In this document: positions 39,549 to 51,766 of the stretch, one piece after another
How positions within the stretch are numbered: position 1 is the stretch's first letter
How the letters are laid out: the number at the start of each line of letters is the position of its first letter
Source of the DNA: Anaeramoeba ignava BMAN
Lineage: Eukaryota > Protista > Anaeramoebae
Direction of reading: 5' to 3'
Assembly (NCBI GenBank): GCA_028826165.1
Contig: JAPDFW010000098.1
Location: 175,173 to 239,172, forward strand
Length of the DNA: 64,000 nt
Made by a program: the position numbers and the translations under genes
Notes under the pieces: model-generated
What the model saw: the letters and a program-made list of their open reading frames with translations, nothing else
Told to the model about the DNA's origin: nothing
Database searches by the model: none

Positions 39549-42278
39549 ATGAAAAACGTTTTCAAAACAAAGAATAACGTACAATTAAACTTATTAAAAA
39601 ATGAAACAAAAAAACAAAAGAAGAATAATTTAGAAAAACAAAAAAATCAAAAAAATCAAAACAAATTTGAAAAAGAATTATATTTTCCAAATCAAAATGA
39701 AGATTTTGCAAAAAAAACACCATTTATTTCTTTTAACGAACAACCGGAAATAAATAAAAGTTTTGAAAGCAATTCAAATAAAATGGATAATATAATTCCA
39801 CGTGTTTTTGATTATAAAAAATCTCAAGAAGAAACAAATGCTAAATGTAAAGATGATAAATGTCAAATTGAAGGAAAAATTGATAAAAAACCAAAAATTA
39901 ATACTAATGCAAATGTTAATGTCAATTTTACTTCATTTTTGTTAATGAATAATCATAAATCAAATGTTTATTTTTATGATAATTCGTTTAATTATTATGA
40001 AAAATTGAACAAAAATGAAAATGAAATTGAAAATGAAATTGAAATTGAAAATGAAATTGAAATTGAAAATCAAAATCAAAATCAAAATCAAAATCAAAAT
40101 CAAAATCAAAATCAAAATCAAAATCAAAATCAAAATCAAAATCAAAATGAAAATCAAAATCAAAATCAAAATAAAAATCAAAATCAAAATCAAAATAATA
40201 AAAATCAAAATCAAAATCAAAATCAAAATCAAAATAAAAATCAAAATCAAAATCAAAATGAAATTGAAATTGAAAATCAAAATGAAAATGAAAATCAAAA
40301 TCAAAATCAAAATCAAAATGAAAATCAAAATCAAAATGAAATTGAAATTGAAAGTAAAAATCAAATTAAAAATCAAAATCAAAATCAAAATCAAAATCAA
40401 AATCAAAATCAAAATCAAAATGAAATTGAAAGTAAAAATCAAATTAAAAATCAAAAAATAAAAATAAATACCAAAAAAACACAAAAAAATACTAACATAA
40501 AAAATAACGAACAAAAAAACAAAACTCAAATTAATATCAAAAAAGAAGAAGAGGAAAAAGAAGAAAAAGAAGAAAAAGAAAAAACGGAATTTTATGAAAA
40601 AGCATTTGAAGAGATGAAAAAATTATCAGAAGAAGTATTTCGAATATCAAAAAACGGAAAAGAAGAAAGAAAAGAAGAAAGAAAAAGAAGAAAAAGAAGA
40701 AAAAGAAGAAAAAAAAGAAGAAAAAAAAGAAGAAAAAAAAGAAGAAAAACGAGACAGTTTTAAATATGCAATATGGAAAAAAGAGCAAAAATATTTACAT
40801 GAGGATATAAGTATGAAGCTTCATGCGGAGGTGATGGATTTCTATGAACATATAAAACCGAGAGGCGCTGAAATTATATTACGAAATGAAGTATTAAAAC
40901 GAGTAGAAAAATTTATAAAGGAAATTTGGAATGAAGCAGAAATTATATTATATGGATCAAGTGGAAATGGTACATTTTTACCAAATTCGGATATTGATAT
41001 TACAATTATTCTTAATAATGATATTTCTAATGACAGGTTAATTAAAAAACTTAGTCAAGAAATTCTTTCTTCTAAAAAAGAAATCTTCGCCGTTAATCAA
41101 GTTATTGAGACTGCGAAAATCCCTATTATCAAGTTGTTTGATAAACAGTCTCAAATGTTGATTGATATTTCTTTTAATGCTCCTTCTGGTTCGAAAAGTG
41201 TTCAATTGATTAGGAAATATATTAAGATATATCCTCCTTTACAACCTTTACTTTTTGTTTTGAAAAGGTAATTAAAATTAAAATTTATTTAAAAATTTAT
41301 TTTGAAATTAATTTTGAAATTAAAATTAAAATTTATAAAATTTATAGATTCCTCCAAGTTTCTAGACTTAATGAACCATTCCATGGTGGAATAGGAAGTT
41401 ATCCTCTAATCCTCATGCTTGTATCACATTTCCAACTTCATCCAAGTGCTCAAAATCAAAAATATACAACAAATTTAGGATCACTTTTAATAGATTTTTT
41501 TAATCTTTATTCAAATTTCAATTACATAACAACTGGAATTAATGTTTTGGAAAACGGATCCTATTTTTCTAAACAAGAACTTGGCTTTTTAAATCCAAAT
41601 CAACCTGAAATACCAGTTATTATTGATCCTTTAAATCCAACTCTTAATGCTTCAAGAAGTTCTTACTCAATTATTGATTGCATTGACTCTTTTAAACTTG
41701 CTTTTGATTTACTTTCAAATGATAAAGGTCTCAAATCTATTCTTATTCCTTATAAATTCGAGAAATATTATAATCTTTTATCTTTTGGAATAATCCCTTT
41801 TAATTCTTTTACTCCAAATTATCAAAAAAATTTCAATTTTTATCATCCATATTCAAATCAATCTAAAAATTCAAAAGAAAATTTTTTCCAAATTAAAAAT
41901 TATTCAAATTCAAGAACAAATTATTCAAATTATTCAAATTATTCAAATTATGCAAATTATTCAAATTATTCAAATAATCATGTTTCTTATCAAAAAAATA
42001 TTGTTGTTGATTCACGTTCATTTGAACCAAATTCTCGCAAAATAATTTGCAATTATAATCAAAATCAAAATCAAAATCAAAATCAATATCAAAATCAAAA
42101 TCAAAATCAAAATCAAAATCAAAATCAAAATCAAAATCATAAATTTTTTCCAAATCGTAATTATTTTGGTGGAAAATTCCCAAATTTAGAAGAAGAAGCT
42201 CCTCGTAGTCAAAGATATTCAAATAATAGAGAACAAAAAAGACATCGTTATAAAAAATCAAACAGATTTTTCAATTAA
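39549..42278 (+). CDS. TRF4: Non-canonical poly(A) polymerase Trf4/PAPD5/TENT4
   Basis: LHAEVMDFYEHIKP, YGSSGNGTFLPNSDIDI, AKIPIIKL, IDISFN, LNEPFHGGIGSY, NLGSLLIDFF, IIDPLNP. Intron 41268-41347. The frame break in the A-rich repeat at ~40670-40745 is probably an error. Confidence 0.88.
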
Positions 42279-42389
42279 AAAAATATGTGTGAAATTTTTT
42301 TTAGAAATTGTAAAAATATCAAAAAATAATAATAAAAAGATCATAAAAGGAAAGAAAAGAAAGAAAAGAAAGAAAAGGAAATTATTTTT

Positions 42390-42469
42390 TGATAAACTTT
42401 TCAAAAATAAAAAAATTTTTCAAATTCGAAATTTATTTTTTTCATTTTTTTTCTTTTTTAAAAATGAAT
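42390..42469 (+). repeat. Direct repeat copy 1 (copy 2 at 43943-44021)
   Basis: TGATAAACTTTTCAAAAATAAAAAAATTTTTCAAATTCGAAATTTATTTTTTTCATTTT...AAAAATGAAT occurs on both sides of the BTB-TLDc gene. Confidence 0.9.
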
Positions 42470-43945
42470 CAAGATCAATTTTTTCAAAATTCTTCAAAAT
42501 TAATTAACGATTTTAAAAAACTAAGAACTTCTCAAAATCAATTTTCAGATTTTGAAATTATTATTACAAAAGATCCTCAAAACAAACAAATCCAAAAAAT
42601 AATTAATTGCCATAAAGCAATTCTTTCTTGTCGATGTGATTATTTCCAAGCTCTATTCCAAAGTAAAATGAAAGAATATCAAGAAAACAAAGTCTATTTC
42701 AACGATATTTCATCAAATATAATGGAGAATATAATTGATTATCTTTATACTGGAAATATTCCAATCAATTCTGAAAACGCGATTGAATTATTAATTTCTT
42801 CAAAAAAATTTCTTTTGGATGATCAACTTATTCAAACACTCAATCAATTCATTTACCAAAATTTGGATCCCTCAAATATAACTGAAGTTCTCCAATTTGC
42901 TTCAAATTTTAATCTGAAAGGATTGCACAGAAAATCCATTGATTTTATTTCGCAAAATTTTGAGAAAGTTAGTTTAACCGATCAAATTCTAAAACTGACA
43001 GAATCTGAGATTCTTTTAATTTTGAATAATCCAAAAATTTATCCAACTTTTTCTGAAATTGAACTGTTCAATACTTTGATAAAATGGGCTCAATTCCATT
43101 TGAATTATATTGTGAACCCAGAATCAATTGAAAATGAAGAACAATCAAACCAAATCCAAAAATTTATCGCAAAATTCATTCCGCAGATTCGTTTCTGTGA
43201 TATTGATAGTGAAAATATCCAGAAAATCAGCAAACTCGAAGTTGTTCCAAAAGGAGTAATGGAAGATATTTGCAAATTCTCAATAGCAGAAAAGGAAGAA
43301 GGAATGGAATTAATGGAGAAATATAACAAAATGGGGTATTTCATTTTCGAAACGAGAAAAAATACTTTTGGAAAATCAAAAATAATCAATCAAAACGATC
43401 AACAATTCATTTATGAACTCAAAAAGTGGATTAACAACCCAAATTTTTTAAAGAAAATGGAACTAGGATATTCAGGAAAAGAAAACGGATGGTTATCAAC
43501 AGATTTCCATTCAAGATGTGATAACAAGGGAGAAATACTCGTTTTAATAAAAACAAGCAAGGATTGCATTTTTGGAGCTTATTCAAAAGTAGGATTTGTT
43601 AAGAAGGAAACTCTTTGGAAATCACAAATGGATGAAATTGGGAATATTGATGATCCTGATGCTTTTATTTTTTCACTAGTTAATCCAAAAGGTGTTTCTC
43701 TTCAGAAATTCCCTGTCAAAGAAGGATTGAGTGCAATTGTTTATTCTCCTTATTGTGGTCCTGATTTTAATGATTTTAGAGTTGGTGGTTATCCAAAAGA
43801 AAAGTTACTTAATACTGTCGATACTTCTTTTTTCGGTTATCATTTCCATTTACCTGATGGAATGAGATATTATACAAAAGCATCTCAACAATATTTAACA
43901 GGGATAACACCTTGTAAAGTTGTTGAATTGGAAGTTTTTTATTGA
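42464..43945 (+). CDS. BTB-BACK-TLDc protein
   Basis: SDFEII...CHKAILSCRCDYFQALF...IDYLYTG (BTB); SEIELFNTLIKW...QIRF (BACK); DFHSRCDNKGEILVLIKT...IFGAY...AFIFSL...ELEVF (TLDc). Confidence 0.9.
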   Translation: MNQDQFFQNSSKLINDFKKLRTSQNQFSDFEIIITKDPQNKQIQKIINCHKAILSCRCDYFQALFQSKMKEYQENKVYFNDISSNIMENIIDYLYTGNIPINSENAIELLISSKKFLLDDQLIQTLNQFIYQNLDPSNITEVLQFASNFNLKGLHRKSIDFISQNFEKVSLTDQILKLTESEILLILNNPKIYPTFSEIELFNTLIKWAQFHLNYIVNPESIENEEQSNQIQKFIAKFIPQIRFCDIDSENIQKISKLEVVPKGVMEDICKFSIAEKEEGMELMEKYNKMGYFIFETRKNTFGKSKIINQNDQQFIYELKKWINNPNFLKKMELGYSGKENGWLSTDFHSRCDNKGEILVLIKTSKDCIFGAYSKVGFVKKETLWKSQMDEIGNIDDPDAFIFSLVNPKGVSLQKFPVKEGLSAIVYSPYCGPDFNDFRVGGYPKEKLLNTVDTSFFGYHFHLPDGMRYYTKASQQYLTGITPCKVVELEVFY

Positions 43946-44015
43946 TAAACTTTTCAAAAATAAAAAAATTTTTCAAATTCGAAATTTATTTTTTTCATTT
44001 TTTTTCTTTTCAAAA

Positions 44016-45788
44016 ATGAATGATTGTTTATTTTTTGGTTTAAATAAAGAACCAATTCTTATAAAAAATGAATCATATAAAATAACAAAACCAATTCAAT
44101 TCAAAAATGAAAATGAAAATGAAAATGAAAATGAAAATGAAAATGAAAATGAAAATGAAAACGAAAAACAAATTAAACAAATTTCATCAGGTTTTTTTTC
44201 AACAATTTTCCTTTTTAAAAATGGAAAAGCAATAGAATATTTAAATGGAAATGATCCAAAACAAAATCCTTCAAAAATCCAAATTGAAGAAAATATTCAA
44301 AAAGTAACTGTTGGTTCTCAAAATGTAGCTATTTTAACAATAGAAGGAAATGTATTTGCCAAAGGGTTAAATATTAATCCAAATAACATAAAAGAATTTA
44401 TCAATATTTCATCATTAATTGAAGATAAAAATGATAGAATAATTGAAGATATTGTTTGTTCTGCTGATTCAATTTATTTATTAACTTCAAATCAAAATGC
44501 TTATGGAATTGGTTCAAATGGATATGGTCAATTTGGTTTTGATTCTAAAACACTTAAAAAAACAGAAAAACCAATTTTAATAATGAAAAATGTTTCTAAA
44601 ATATTTTCAGGAATTTCTTCACTTTTTGTTTTTCTTTTAAATTCAAATCAAGAATTATTTGGATACGGTGATAATAGTGATGGTCAACTTGGATTAGGAG
44701 AATCAAGAAAAAAAGAATCCAAAATACAAAATATTCCAAAAGGTAAAATAATTGATATTCAATGTGGAAATGAATATTCAATAATGTTGATTGAAAATGA
44801 AAATCAAAATCCAAAAAGAAAACTTTATTTAACTGGAGATTCTCTATATAATGGACTTGGCAAAGATGGATATACTTATGAATTTACTGAAATCAAATCA
44901 TCTTTATTTGAAAATGATGATGATATTCTTAATTTTTCTGTTGGATATGCACATACTTTGATTTTAACTTCCAAATCAAAATTAATAGTATTTGGAAGTA
45001 ATTCTCATGGTCAATTAGGAACTGGAGATACAAATAATCAATATATTCCAATTCAAATTGAACTTCCTAAATTAAGATTTAATGAAGATATTTTTAATTA
45101 TCATGTTCTTTGTGGAAATGAAAATTCATTTCTTTATTATTCTTTTTCTTCTTTTTCCAATCTTGAAGAAGATTTGATTAATCTATTTCGAAGAAAAGAA
45201 TTTTGTAATATTTCATTTAAAACCAAAAATGGAGAAATAATTTCAGCTCATAAATTAATATTACAAGCTATAATTGGACAAGATGATCAAATTGAAAAAC
45301 TTCAAGAATTAATTTCAAATAAATCATTTAAAGAATCAAATCAAATATTTGAAATGATTTATTCAAACAATTCCAAAATAAATCCAAAATTATATGAAGA
45401 AATTAAAATTGATTTTAATTTATTTGTATCAATAGAAGAATCAATGAAAGAATTAATTGAATTTGAAAATGAAAAAGATTTTATAATTGAAAGAAAAGAA
45501 AAACAATATAAATTTCCTAAATTAATATTAATAATGAGAAGTAAATTATTCCGAGAAAAATTTTTATCAGTAACAGAAGATAAATCAAATAAAGTTACAG
45601 ATTATAGTGAATTAAGTGATGAATCATTTCAAATATTAGAATATTGGATTTATTCAAATCAAATTAAAGAAGAAATTCAAATTACAAAAGAAATTATTAA
45701 TGAAATTCAAATTGGAATTGATTATTTTCAATTAAATCAAACATATCCAAATTTATTGGATTTATTAATTAACAAATTTAAAAATTAA
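44016..45788 (+). CDS. RCC1-like beta-propeller + tandem BTB-like domains, paralog 1
   Basis: GxNxxGQLG repeats, CG/VGxxHT motifs, DLINLFRRKEFCNISF...AHKLIL, and a second BTB-like segment ending in EYWIYS. Confidence 0.88.
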   Translation: MNDCLFFGLNKEPILIKNESYKITKPIQFKNENENENENENENENENENEKQIKQISSGFFSTIFLFKNGKAIEYLNGNDPKQNPSKIQIEENIQKVTVGSQNVAILTIEGNVFAKGLNINPNNIKEFINISSLIEDKNDRIIEDIVCSADSIYLLTSNQNAYGIGSNGYGQFGFDSKTLKKTEKPILIMKNVSKIFSGISSLFVFLLNSNQELFGYGDNSDGQLGLGESRKKESKIQNIPKGKIIDIQCGNEYSIMLIENENQNPKRKLYLTGDSLYNGLGKDGYTYEFTEIKSSLFENDDDILNFSVGYAHTLILTSKSKLIVFGSNSHGQLGTGDTNNQYIPIQIELPKLRFNEDIFNYHVLCGNENSFLYYSFSSFSNLEEDLINLFRRKEFCNISFKTKNGEIISAHKLILQAIIGQDDQIEKLQELISNKSFKESNQIFEMIYSNNSKINPKLYEEIKIDFNLFVSIEESMKELIEFENEKDFIIERKEKQYKFPKLILIMRSKLFREKFLSVTEDKSNKVTDYSELSDESFQILEYWIYSNQIKEEIQITKEIINEIQIGIDYFQLNQTYPNLLDLLINKFKN

Positions 45789-45932
45789 AATTAAAATTAA
45801 AATTTAAATTAAAATCAAAATCAAAATTAAAATTAAAATTAAAATTAAAATTAAAATTAAAATTAAAATTAAAATTAAAATTAAAATTAAAATTCCAAAA
45901 TTTATTTTTTTCATTTTTTTTCTTTTTCAAAA

Positions 45933-47681
45933 ATGAATGATTGTTTATTTTTTGGTAAAAATCAATATCCAAAACTTATCAAAAATAAACCAAATAAAAT
46001 AATAAAACCAATCCAATTTAAATTTAAAAATGAAAATGAAAATGAAAATGAAAATGGAAATGAAAATGAAAAACAAATTAAACAAATTTCATCAGGAGCA
46101 TTCTCAACAATTTTCCTTTTTAAAAATGGAAAAGCAATAGAATATTCAAATGAAAAAGATTCAAAACAAAATCCTTCAAAAATCCAAATTGAAGAAAATA
46201 TTCAAAAAGTAACTGTTGGTTTTGCAAATGTAGCTATTTTAACAATAGAAGGAAATGTATTTGCCAAAGGGTTATATATTAATCCAAATAATATAAAAGA
46301 ATTTATCAATATTTCATCATTAATTGAAGATAAAAATGATAGAGTAATTGAAGATGTTGTTTGTTCTGCTGATTCAATTTACTTATTAACTTCAAATCAA
46401 AATGCTTATGGAATTGGTTCAAATAATTATGGTCAACTTGGTTTTGATTCTAAAACACTTAAAAAAACAGAAAAACCAATTTTAATAATGAAAAATGTTT
46501 CTAAAATATTTTCAGGAATTTCTTCACTTTTTGTTTTTCTTTTAAATTTAAATCAAGAATTATTTGGATACGGTGATAATAGTGATGGTCAACTTGGGTT
46601 AGGAGAATCAAGAAAAAAAGAATCCAAAATACAAAATATTCCAAAAGGTAAAATAATTGATATTCAATGTGGAAATGAATATTCAATAATGTTGATTGAA
46701 AATCAAAATCAAAATCCAAAAAGAAAACTTTATTCATGTGGAGATTATAGATATAATGGACTTGGCAAAGATGGATATACTTATGAATTTACTGAAATCA
46801 AATCATCTTTATTTGAAAATGACTATATTCGTGAATTTTCTGTTGGAAATGGTGATACTTTGATTTTAACATCCAATTCAAAATTAATAGTATTTGGAAG
46901 TAATTCTCATGGTCAATTAGGAACTGGAGATACAAAACATCAACTAATTCCTATTCAAATTGAACTTCCTAAATTAAGATTTAATGAAGATATTTCCAAT
47001 TATCATGTTCTTTGTGGAAATGAAAATTCATTTCTTTATTATTCTTTTTCTTCTTTTTCCAATCTTGAAGAAGATTTGATTAATCTATTTCGAAGAAAAG
47101 AATTTTGTAATATTTCATTTAAAACCAAAAATGGAGAAATAATTTCAGCTCATAAATTAATATTACAAGCTATAATTGGACAAGATGATCAAATTGAAAA
47201 ACTTCAAGAATTAATTTCAAATAAATCATCTAAAGAATCAAATCAAATATTTGAAATGATTTATTCAAACAATTCCAAAATAAATCCAAAATTATATGAA
47301 GAAATTAAAATTGATTTTAATTTATTTGTATCAATAGAAGAATCAATGAAAGAATTAATTGAATTTGAAAATGAAAAAGATTTTATAATTGAAAGAAAAG
47401 AAAAACAATATAAATTTCCTAAATTAATATTAATAATGAGAAGTAAATTATTCCGAGAAAAATTTTTATCAGTAACAGAAAGTGATTCTAATAAAGTTAC
47501 AGATTATAGTGAATTAAGTGATGAATCATTTCAAATATTTGAATATTGGATTTATTCAAATCAAATTAAAGAAGATATTCAAATTACACAAGAAATTATT
47601 AATGAAATTAAAAAAGGAATTGGTTATTTTCAATTAAATCAAACATATCCAAATTTATTGGATTTATTAATTAAATTTTAA
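45933..47681 (+). CDS. RCC1-BTB protein, paralog 2
   Basis: Intact 582-aa ORF with the same architecture. Confidence 0.88.
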   Translation: MNDCLFFGKNQYPKLIKNKPNKIIKPIQFKFKNENENENENGNENEKQIKQISSGAFSTIFLFKNGKAIEYSNEKDSKQNPSKIQIEENIQKVTVGFANVAILTIEGNVFAKGLYINPNNIKEFINISSLIEDKNDRVIEDVVCSADSIYLLTSNQNAYGIGSNNYGQLGFDSKTLKKTEKPILIMKNVSKIFSGISSLFVFLLNLNQELFGYGDNSDGQLGLGESRKKESKIQNIPKGKIIDIQCGNEYSIMLIENQNQNPKRKLYSCGDYRYNGLGKDGYTYEFTEIKSSLFENDYIREFSVGNGDTLILTSNSKLIVFGSNSHGQLGTGDTKHQLIPIQIELPKLRFNEDISNYHVLCGNENSFLYYSFSSFSNLEEDLINLFRRKEFCNISFKTKNGEIISAHKLILQAIIGQDDQIEKLQELISNKSSKESNQIFEMIYSNNSKINPKLYEEIKIDFNLFVSIEESMKELIEFENEKDFIIERKEKQYKFPKLILIMRSKLFREKFLSVTESDSNKVTDYSELSDESFQIFEYWIYSNQIKEDIQITQEIINEIKKGIGYFQLNQTYPNLLDLLIKF

Positions 47682-48082
47682 AATTAAAATTAAAATTAAA
47701 ATCAAAATTAAAATTAAAATTAAAATTAAAATTAAAATTAAAATTAAAATTAAAATTAAAATTAAAATTAAAATTAAAATTAAAATTAAAATTAAAATTA
47801 AAATTAAAATTAAAATCAAAATCAAAATTAAAATTAAAAATTAAAATTAAAATATTAAAATTAAAAAAAAATTAAAAATTAAAATTAAAATTAAAATTAA
47901 AAATTAAAATCAAAATCAAAATCAAATCAAAATTAAAATTAAAATCAAAATTAAAAAAATTAAAATTAAAATCAAAATTAAAATTAAAATTAAAATTAAA
48001 ATCCAAAATTAAAATTAAAATTAAAATTAAAATTAAAATTAAAATTCCAAAATCATTTTTTTCATTTTTTTTCTTTTCAAAA

Positions 48083-49861
48083 ATGAATGATTGTTTATTT
48101 TTTGGTGATAATCAATTACCAAAACTTATCAAAAATGAACCAAATTCAATAATAAAACCAATTCAATTTAAATTTAAAAATGAAAATGAAAATGAAAATG
48201 AAATTGAAAATGAAATTAAACAAATTGCAATTTGTTATTTTTCAACAATTTTCCTTTTTAAAAATGGAAAAGCAATAGAATATTTAAATGGAAATGATCC
48301 AAATCAAAATCCTTATAAAATCCAAATTGAAAATATTCAAAAAGTAACTGTTGATTCTATAAATGAAGCTATTTTAACAAAAGAAAGAAATGTATTTGCC
48401 AAAGGAAAAGATATTAATCCAAATAATATAAAAGAATTTATCAATATTTCATCATTAATTGAAGATAAAAATGATAGAGTAATTGAAGATATTGTTTCTG
48501 GAGAACATTCATTTTACTTATTAACTTCAAATCAAAATGTTTATGGAATTGGTTCAAATCAATATGGCCAACTTGGTTTTGATTCTGAAACACTTGAAAA
48601 AACAGAAAAACCAATTTTAATGATGAAAAATGTTTCTAAAATATTTTCAGGAGATTCTTCAACTCATGTTTTTCTTTTAAATTCAAATCAAGGATTATTT
48701 GGATGCGGTGAGAATGAATATGGTCAACTTGGATTAGGAAAATCAAAAGAAGACAAAAAAATCCAAAAATTAACCAAAATCCAAAATATTCCAAAAGGTA
48801 AAATAATTGATATTCAATGTGGAAATTATCATTCAATAATGTTGATTGAAAATGAAGATGAAAATCAAAATCCAAAAAGAAAACTTTATTCAATTGGAAA
48901 TTGGTTTTATAATGGACTTGGCAAAGATGGATATACTTATGAATTTACTGAAATCAAATCATCTTTATTTGAAAATGACTATATTCGTGAATTTTCTGTT
49001 GGAAATGGTGATACTTTGATTTTAACATCCAATTCAAAATTAATAGTATTTGGAAGTAATTCTCATGGTCAATTAGGAACTGGAGATACAAAACATCAAC
49101 TAATTCCTATTCAAATTGAACTTCCTAAATTAAGATTTAATGAAGATATTTCCAATTATCATGTTCTTTGTAGAAATAATAAATCATTTCTTTATTGGTC
49201 TTCTCCTTTTCTTTCTTCTTTTTCCAATCTTGAAGAAGATTTGATTAATCTATTTCGAAGAAAAGAATTTTGTGATATTTCATTTAAAACCGAAGATGGA
49301 GAAATAATTTCAGCTCATAAATTAATATTACAAGCTATAATTGGACAAGATGATCAAATTGAAAAACTTCAAGAATTAATTTCAAATAAATCATCTAAAG
49401 AATCAAATCAAATATTTGAAATGATTTATTCAAACAATTCCAAAATAAATCCAAAATTATATGAAGAAATTAAAATTGATTTTAATTTATTTGTATCAAT
49501 AGAAGAATCAATGAAAGAATTAATTGAATTTGAAAATGAAAAAGATTTTATAATTGAAAGAAAAGAAAAACAATATAAATTTCCTAAATTAATATTAGTA
49601 ATGAGAAGTAAATTATTCCGAGAAAAATTTTTATCAGTAACAGAAAGTGATTCTAATAAAGTTACAGATTATAGTGAATTAAGTGATGAATCATTTCAAA
49701 TATTAGAATATTGGATTTATTCAAATCAAATTAAAGAAGAAATTCAAATTACAAAAGAGATAATTAATGAAATTCAAATTGGAATTGGTTATTTTCAATT
49801 AAATCAAACAAATCCAAATTTATTGGATTTATTAATTAAGAAATTTAAAAATCAAAATTAA
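48083..49861 (+). CDS. RCC1-BTB protein, paralog 3
   Basis: Intact 592-aa ORF with the same architecture. Confidence 0.88.
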   Translation: MNDCLFFGDNQLPKLIKNEPNSIIKPIQFKFKNENENENEIENEIKQIAICYFSTIFLFKNGKAIEYLNGNDPNQNPYKIQIENIQKVTVDSINEAILTKERNVFAKGKDINPNNIKEFINISSLIEDKNDRVIEDIVSGEHSFYLLTSNQNVYGIGSNQYGQLGFDSETLEKTEKPILMMKNVSKIFSGDSSTHVFLLNSNQGLFGCGENEYGQLGLGKSKEDKKIQKLTKIQNIPKGKIIDIQCGNYHSIMLIENEDENQNPKRKLYSIGNWFYNGLGKDGYTYEFTEIKSSLFENDYIREFSVGNGDTLILTSNSKLIVFGSNSHGQLGTGDTKHQLIPIQIELPKLRFNEDISNYHVLCRNNKSFLYWSSPFLSSFSNLEEDLINLFRRKEFCDISFKTEDGEIISAHKLILQAIIGQDDQIEKLQELISNKSSKESNQIFEMIYSNNSKINPKLYEEIKIDFNLFVSIEESMKELIEFENEKDFIIERKEKQYKFPKLILVMRSKLFREKFLSVTESDSNKVTDYSELSDESFQILEYWIYSNQIKEEIQITKEIINEIQIGIGYFQLNQTNPNLLDLLIKKFKNQN

Positions 49862-50002
49862 AATTAAAATCAAAATTAAAATCAAAATTAAAATTAAAAT
49901 CAAAATTAAAATCAAAATTAAAATTTAAATTAAAATTAAAATTAAAATTAAAATTAAAATTAAAATTCCAAAATCATTTTTTCATTTTTTTTCTTTTCAA
50001 AA

Positions 50003-51766
50003 ATGAATGATTGTTTATTTTTTGGTTCAAATCTAAATCCAATTCTTATCAAAAATGAACCAGATAAAATAACAAAACCAATCCAATTTAAATTTGAAAA
50101 TGAAAATGAAAATGAAAAACAAATTAAACAAATTTCATCAAGAGCATTCTCAACAATTTTCCTTTTTAAAAATGGAAAAGCAATAGAATATTCAAATGAA
50201 AAAGATTCAAAACAAAATCCTTATAAAATCCAAATTGAAAATATCCAAAAAGTAACTGTTAGTTCTCAAAATGTAGCTATTTTAACAATAGAAAGAAATG
50301 CATTTGTAAAAGGAAGAGATATTAATCCAAATAATCCAAGTGAATTTATCAATATTTCATCATTAATTGAAGATACAAATGATAGAATAATTCAAGATAT
50401 TGTTTCTGGAGTTTTTTCAATTTACTTATTAACTTCAAATCAAAATGCTTATGGAATTGGTTCAAATGGATATGGTCAACTTGGTTTTGATTCTGAAACA
50501 CTTAAAAAAACAGAAAAACCAATTTTAATGATGAAAAATGTTTCTAAAATATTTTCAGGAACTTATTCAGATCATGTTTTTCTTTTAAATTCAAATCAAG
50601 AATTATTTGTATGCGGATATAACGAATATGGTCAACTTGGATTAGGAGAATCAAGAAGAAAAGAAATCAAAATCCAAAAATTAACCAAAATCCAAAATAT
50701 TCCAAAAGGCAAAATAATTGATATTCAATGTGGATATGGTTATTCAATAATGTTAATTGAAGATGAAAATGAAAATCCAAAAAGAAAACTTTATTCATGT
50801 GGAAATTATCGATATAATGGACTTGGCAAAAATGAAGATACTTATAAATTTACTGAAATCAAATCATCTTTATTTGAAAATGATTATATTCTTGATATTT
50901 CTGTTGGATGTTATCATACTTTGATTTTAACTTCTAATTCAAAATTAATAGTATTTGGAGATAATAGATATGGTGAATTAGGAGCTGGAGATACAAAACA
51001 TCAATCAATTCAAATTCAAATTGAACTTCCTAAATTAAGATTTAATGAAGATATTTCTAATTATCATCTTTCTTGTGGCTTTTATGAATCATTTCTTTAT
51101 TATTCTCCTCCTTCTTTTTCCAATATTGAAGAAGATTTGATAAAATTATTTGAAAGAAAAGAATTTTGTGATATTTCATTTAAAACCAAAAATGGAGAAA
51201 TAATTGAAGCTCATAAATTAATATTGAAATATAGATTAAATCAAAATGAAAATCAAATTGAAATTGAAAAACTTGAAGAAATTATTTCAAATAAATCAAT
51301 TAAAGAATCAAATCAAATATTTGAAATGATTTATTCAAATAATTCCAAAATAAATCCAAAATTATATGAAGAAATTAAAATTGATTTTAATTTATTTGTA
51401 TCAATAGAAGAATCAATGAAAGAATTAATTGAATTTGAAAATGAAAAAGATTTTATAATTGAAAGAAAAGAAAAACAATATAAATTCCCTAAATCAATAT
51501 TAATAATGAGAAGTAAATTATTCCGAGAAAAATTTTTATCTGTAACAGAAGATAAATCTAATAAAGTTACAGATTATAGTGAATTAAGTGATGAATCATT
51601 TCAAATATTTGAATATTGGATTTATTCAAATCAAATTAAAGATGAAATTCAAATTACACAAGAAATTATTGATGAAATTCAAATTGGAATTGATTATTTT
51701 CAATTAAATCAAACAAATCCAAATTTATTTGATTTATTAATTAATAAATTTAATAATCAAAATTAA
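50003..51766 (+). CDS. RCC1-BTB protein, paralog 4
   Basis: Intact 587-aa ORF with the same architecture. Confidence 0.88.
   Translation: MNDCLFFGSNLNPILIKNEPDKITKPIQFKFENENENEKQIKQISSRAFSTIFLFKNGKAIEYSNEKDSKQNPYKIQIENIQKVTVSSQNVAILTIERNAFVKGRDINPNNPSEFINISSLIEDTNDRIIQDIVSGVFSIYLLTSNQNAYGIGSNGYGQLGFDSETLKKTEKPILMMKNVSKIFSGTYSDHVFLLNSNQELFVCGYNEYGQLGLGESRRKEIKIQKLTKIQNIPKGKIIDIQCGYGYSIMLIEDENENPKRKLYSCGNYRYNGLGKNEDTYKFTEIKSSLFENDYILDISVGCYHTLILTSNSKLIVFGDNRYGELGAGDTKHQSIQIQIELPKLRFNEDISNYHLSCGFYESFLYYSPPSFSNIEEDLIKLFERKEFCDISFKTKNGEIIEAHKLILKYRLNQNENQIEIEKLEEIISNKSIKESNQIFEMIYSNNSKINPKLYEEIKIDFNLFVSIEESMKELIEFENEKDFIIERKEKQYKFPKSILIMRSKLFREKFLSVTEDKSNKVTDYSELSDESFQIFEYWIYSNQIKDEIQITQEIIDEIQIGIDYFQLNQTNPNLFDLLINKFNNQN

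Noticed and set aside
24336-42278. Inteins in DBP4, cyclin or Trf4
   Set aside because: Conserved motifs are contiguous, and no C...HN-C/S/T insertion or homing-endonuclease segment was seen.
42389-44015. Extended N-termini of ORFs 42389 and 43920 from the ORF track
   Set aside because: They begin at non-ATG codons and read through the duplicated intergenic sequence. The ATGs at 42464 and 44016 match the paralog and promoter pattern.
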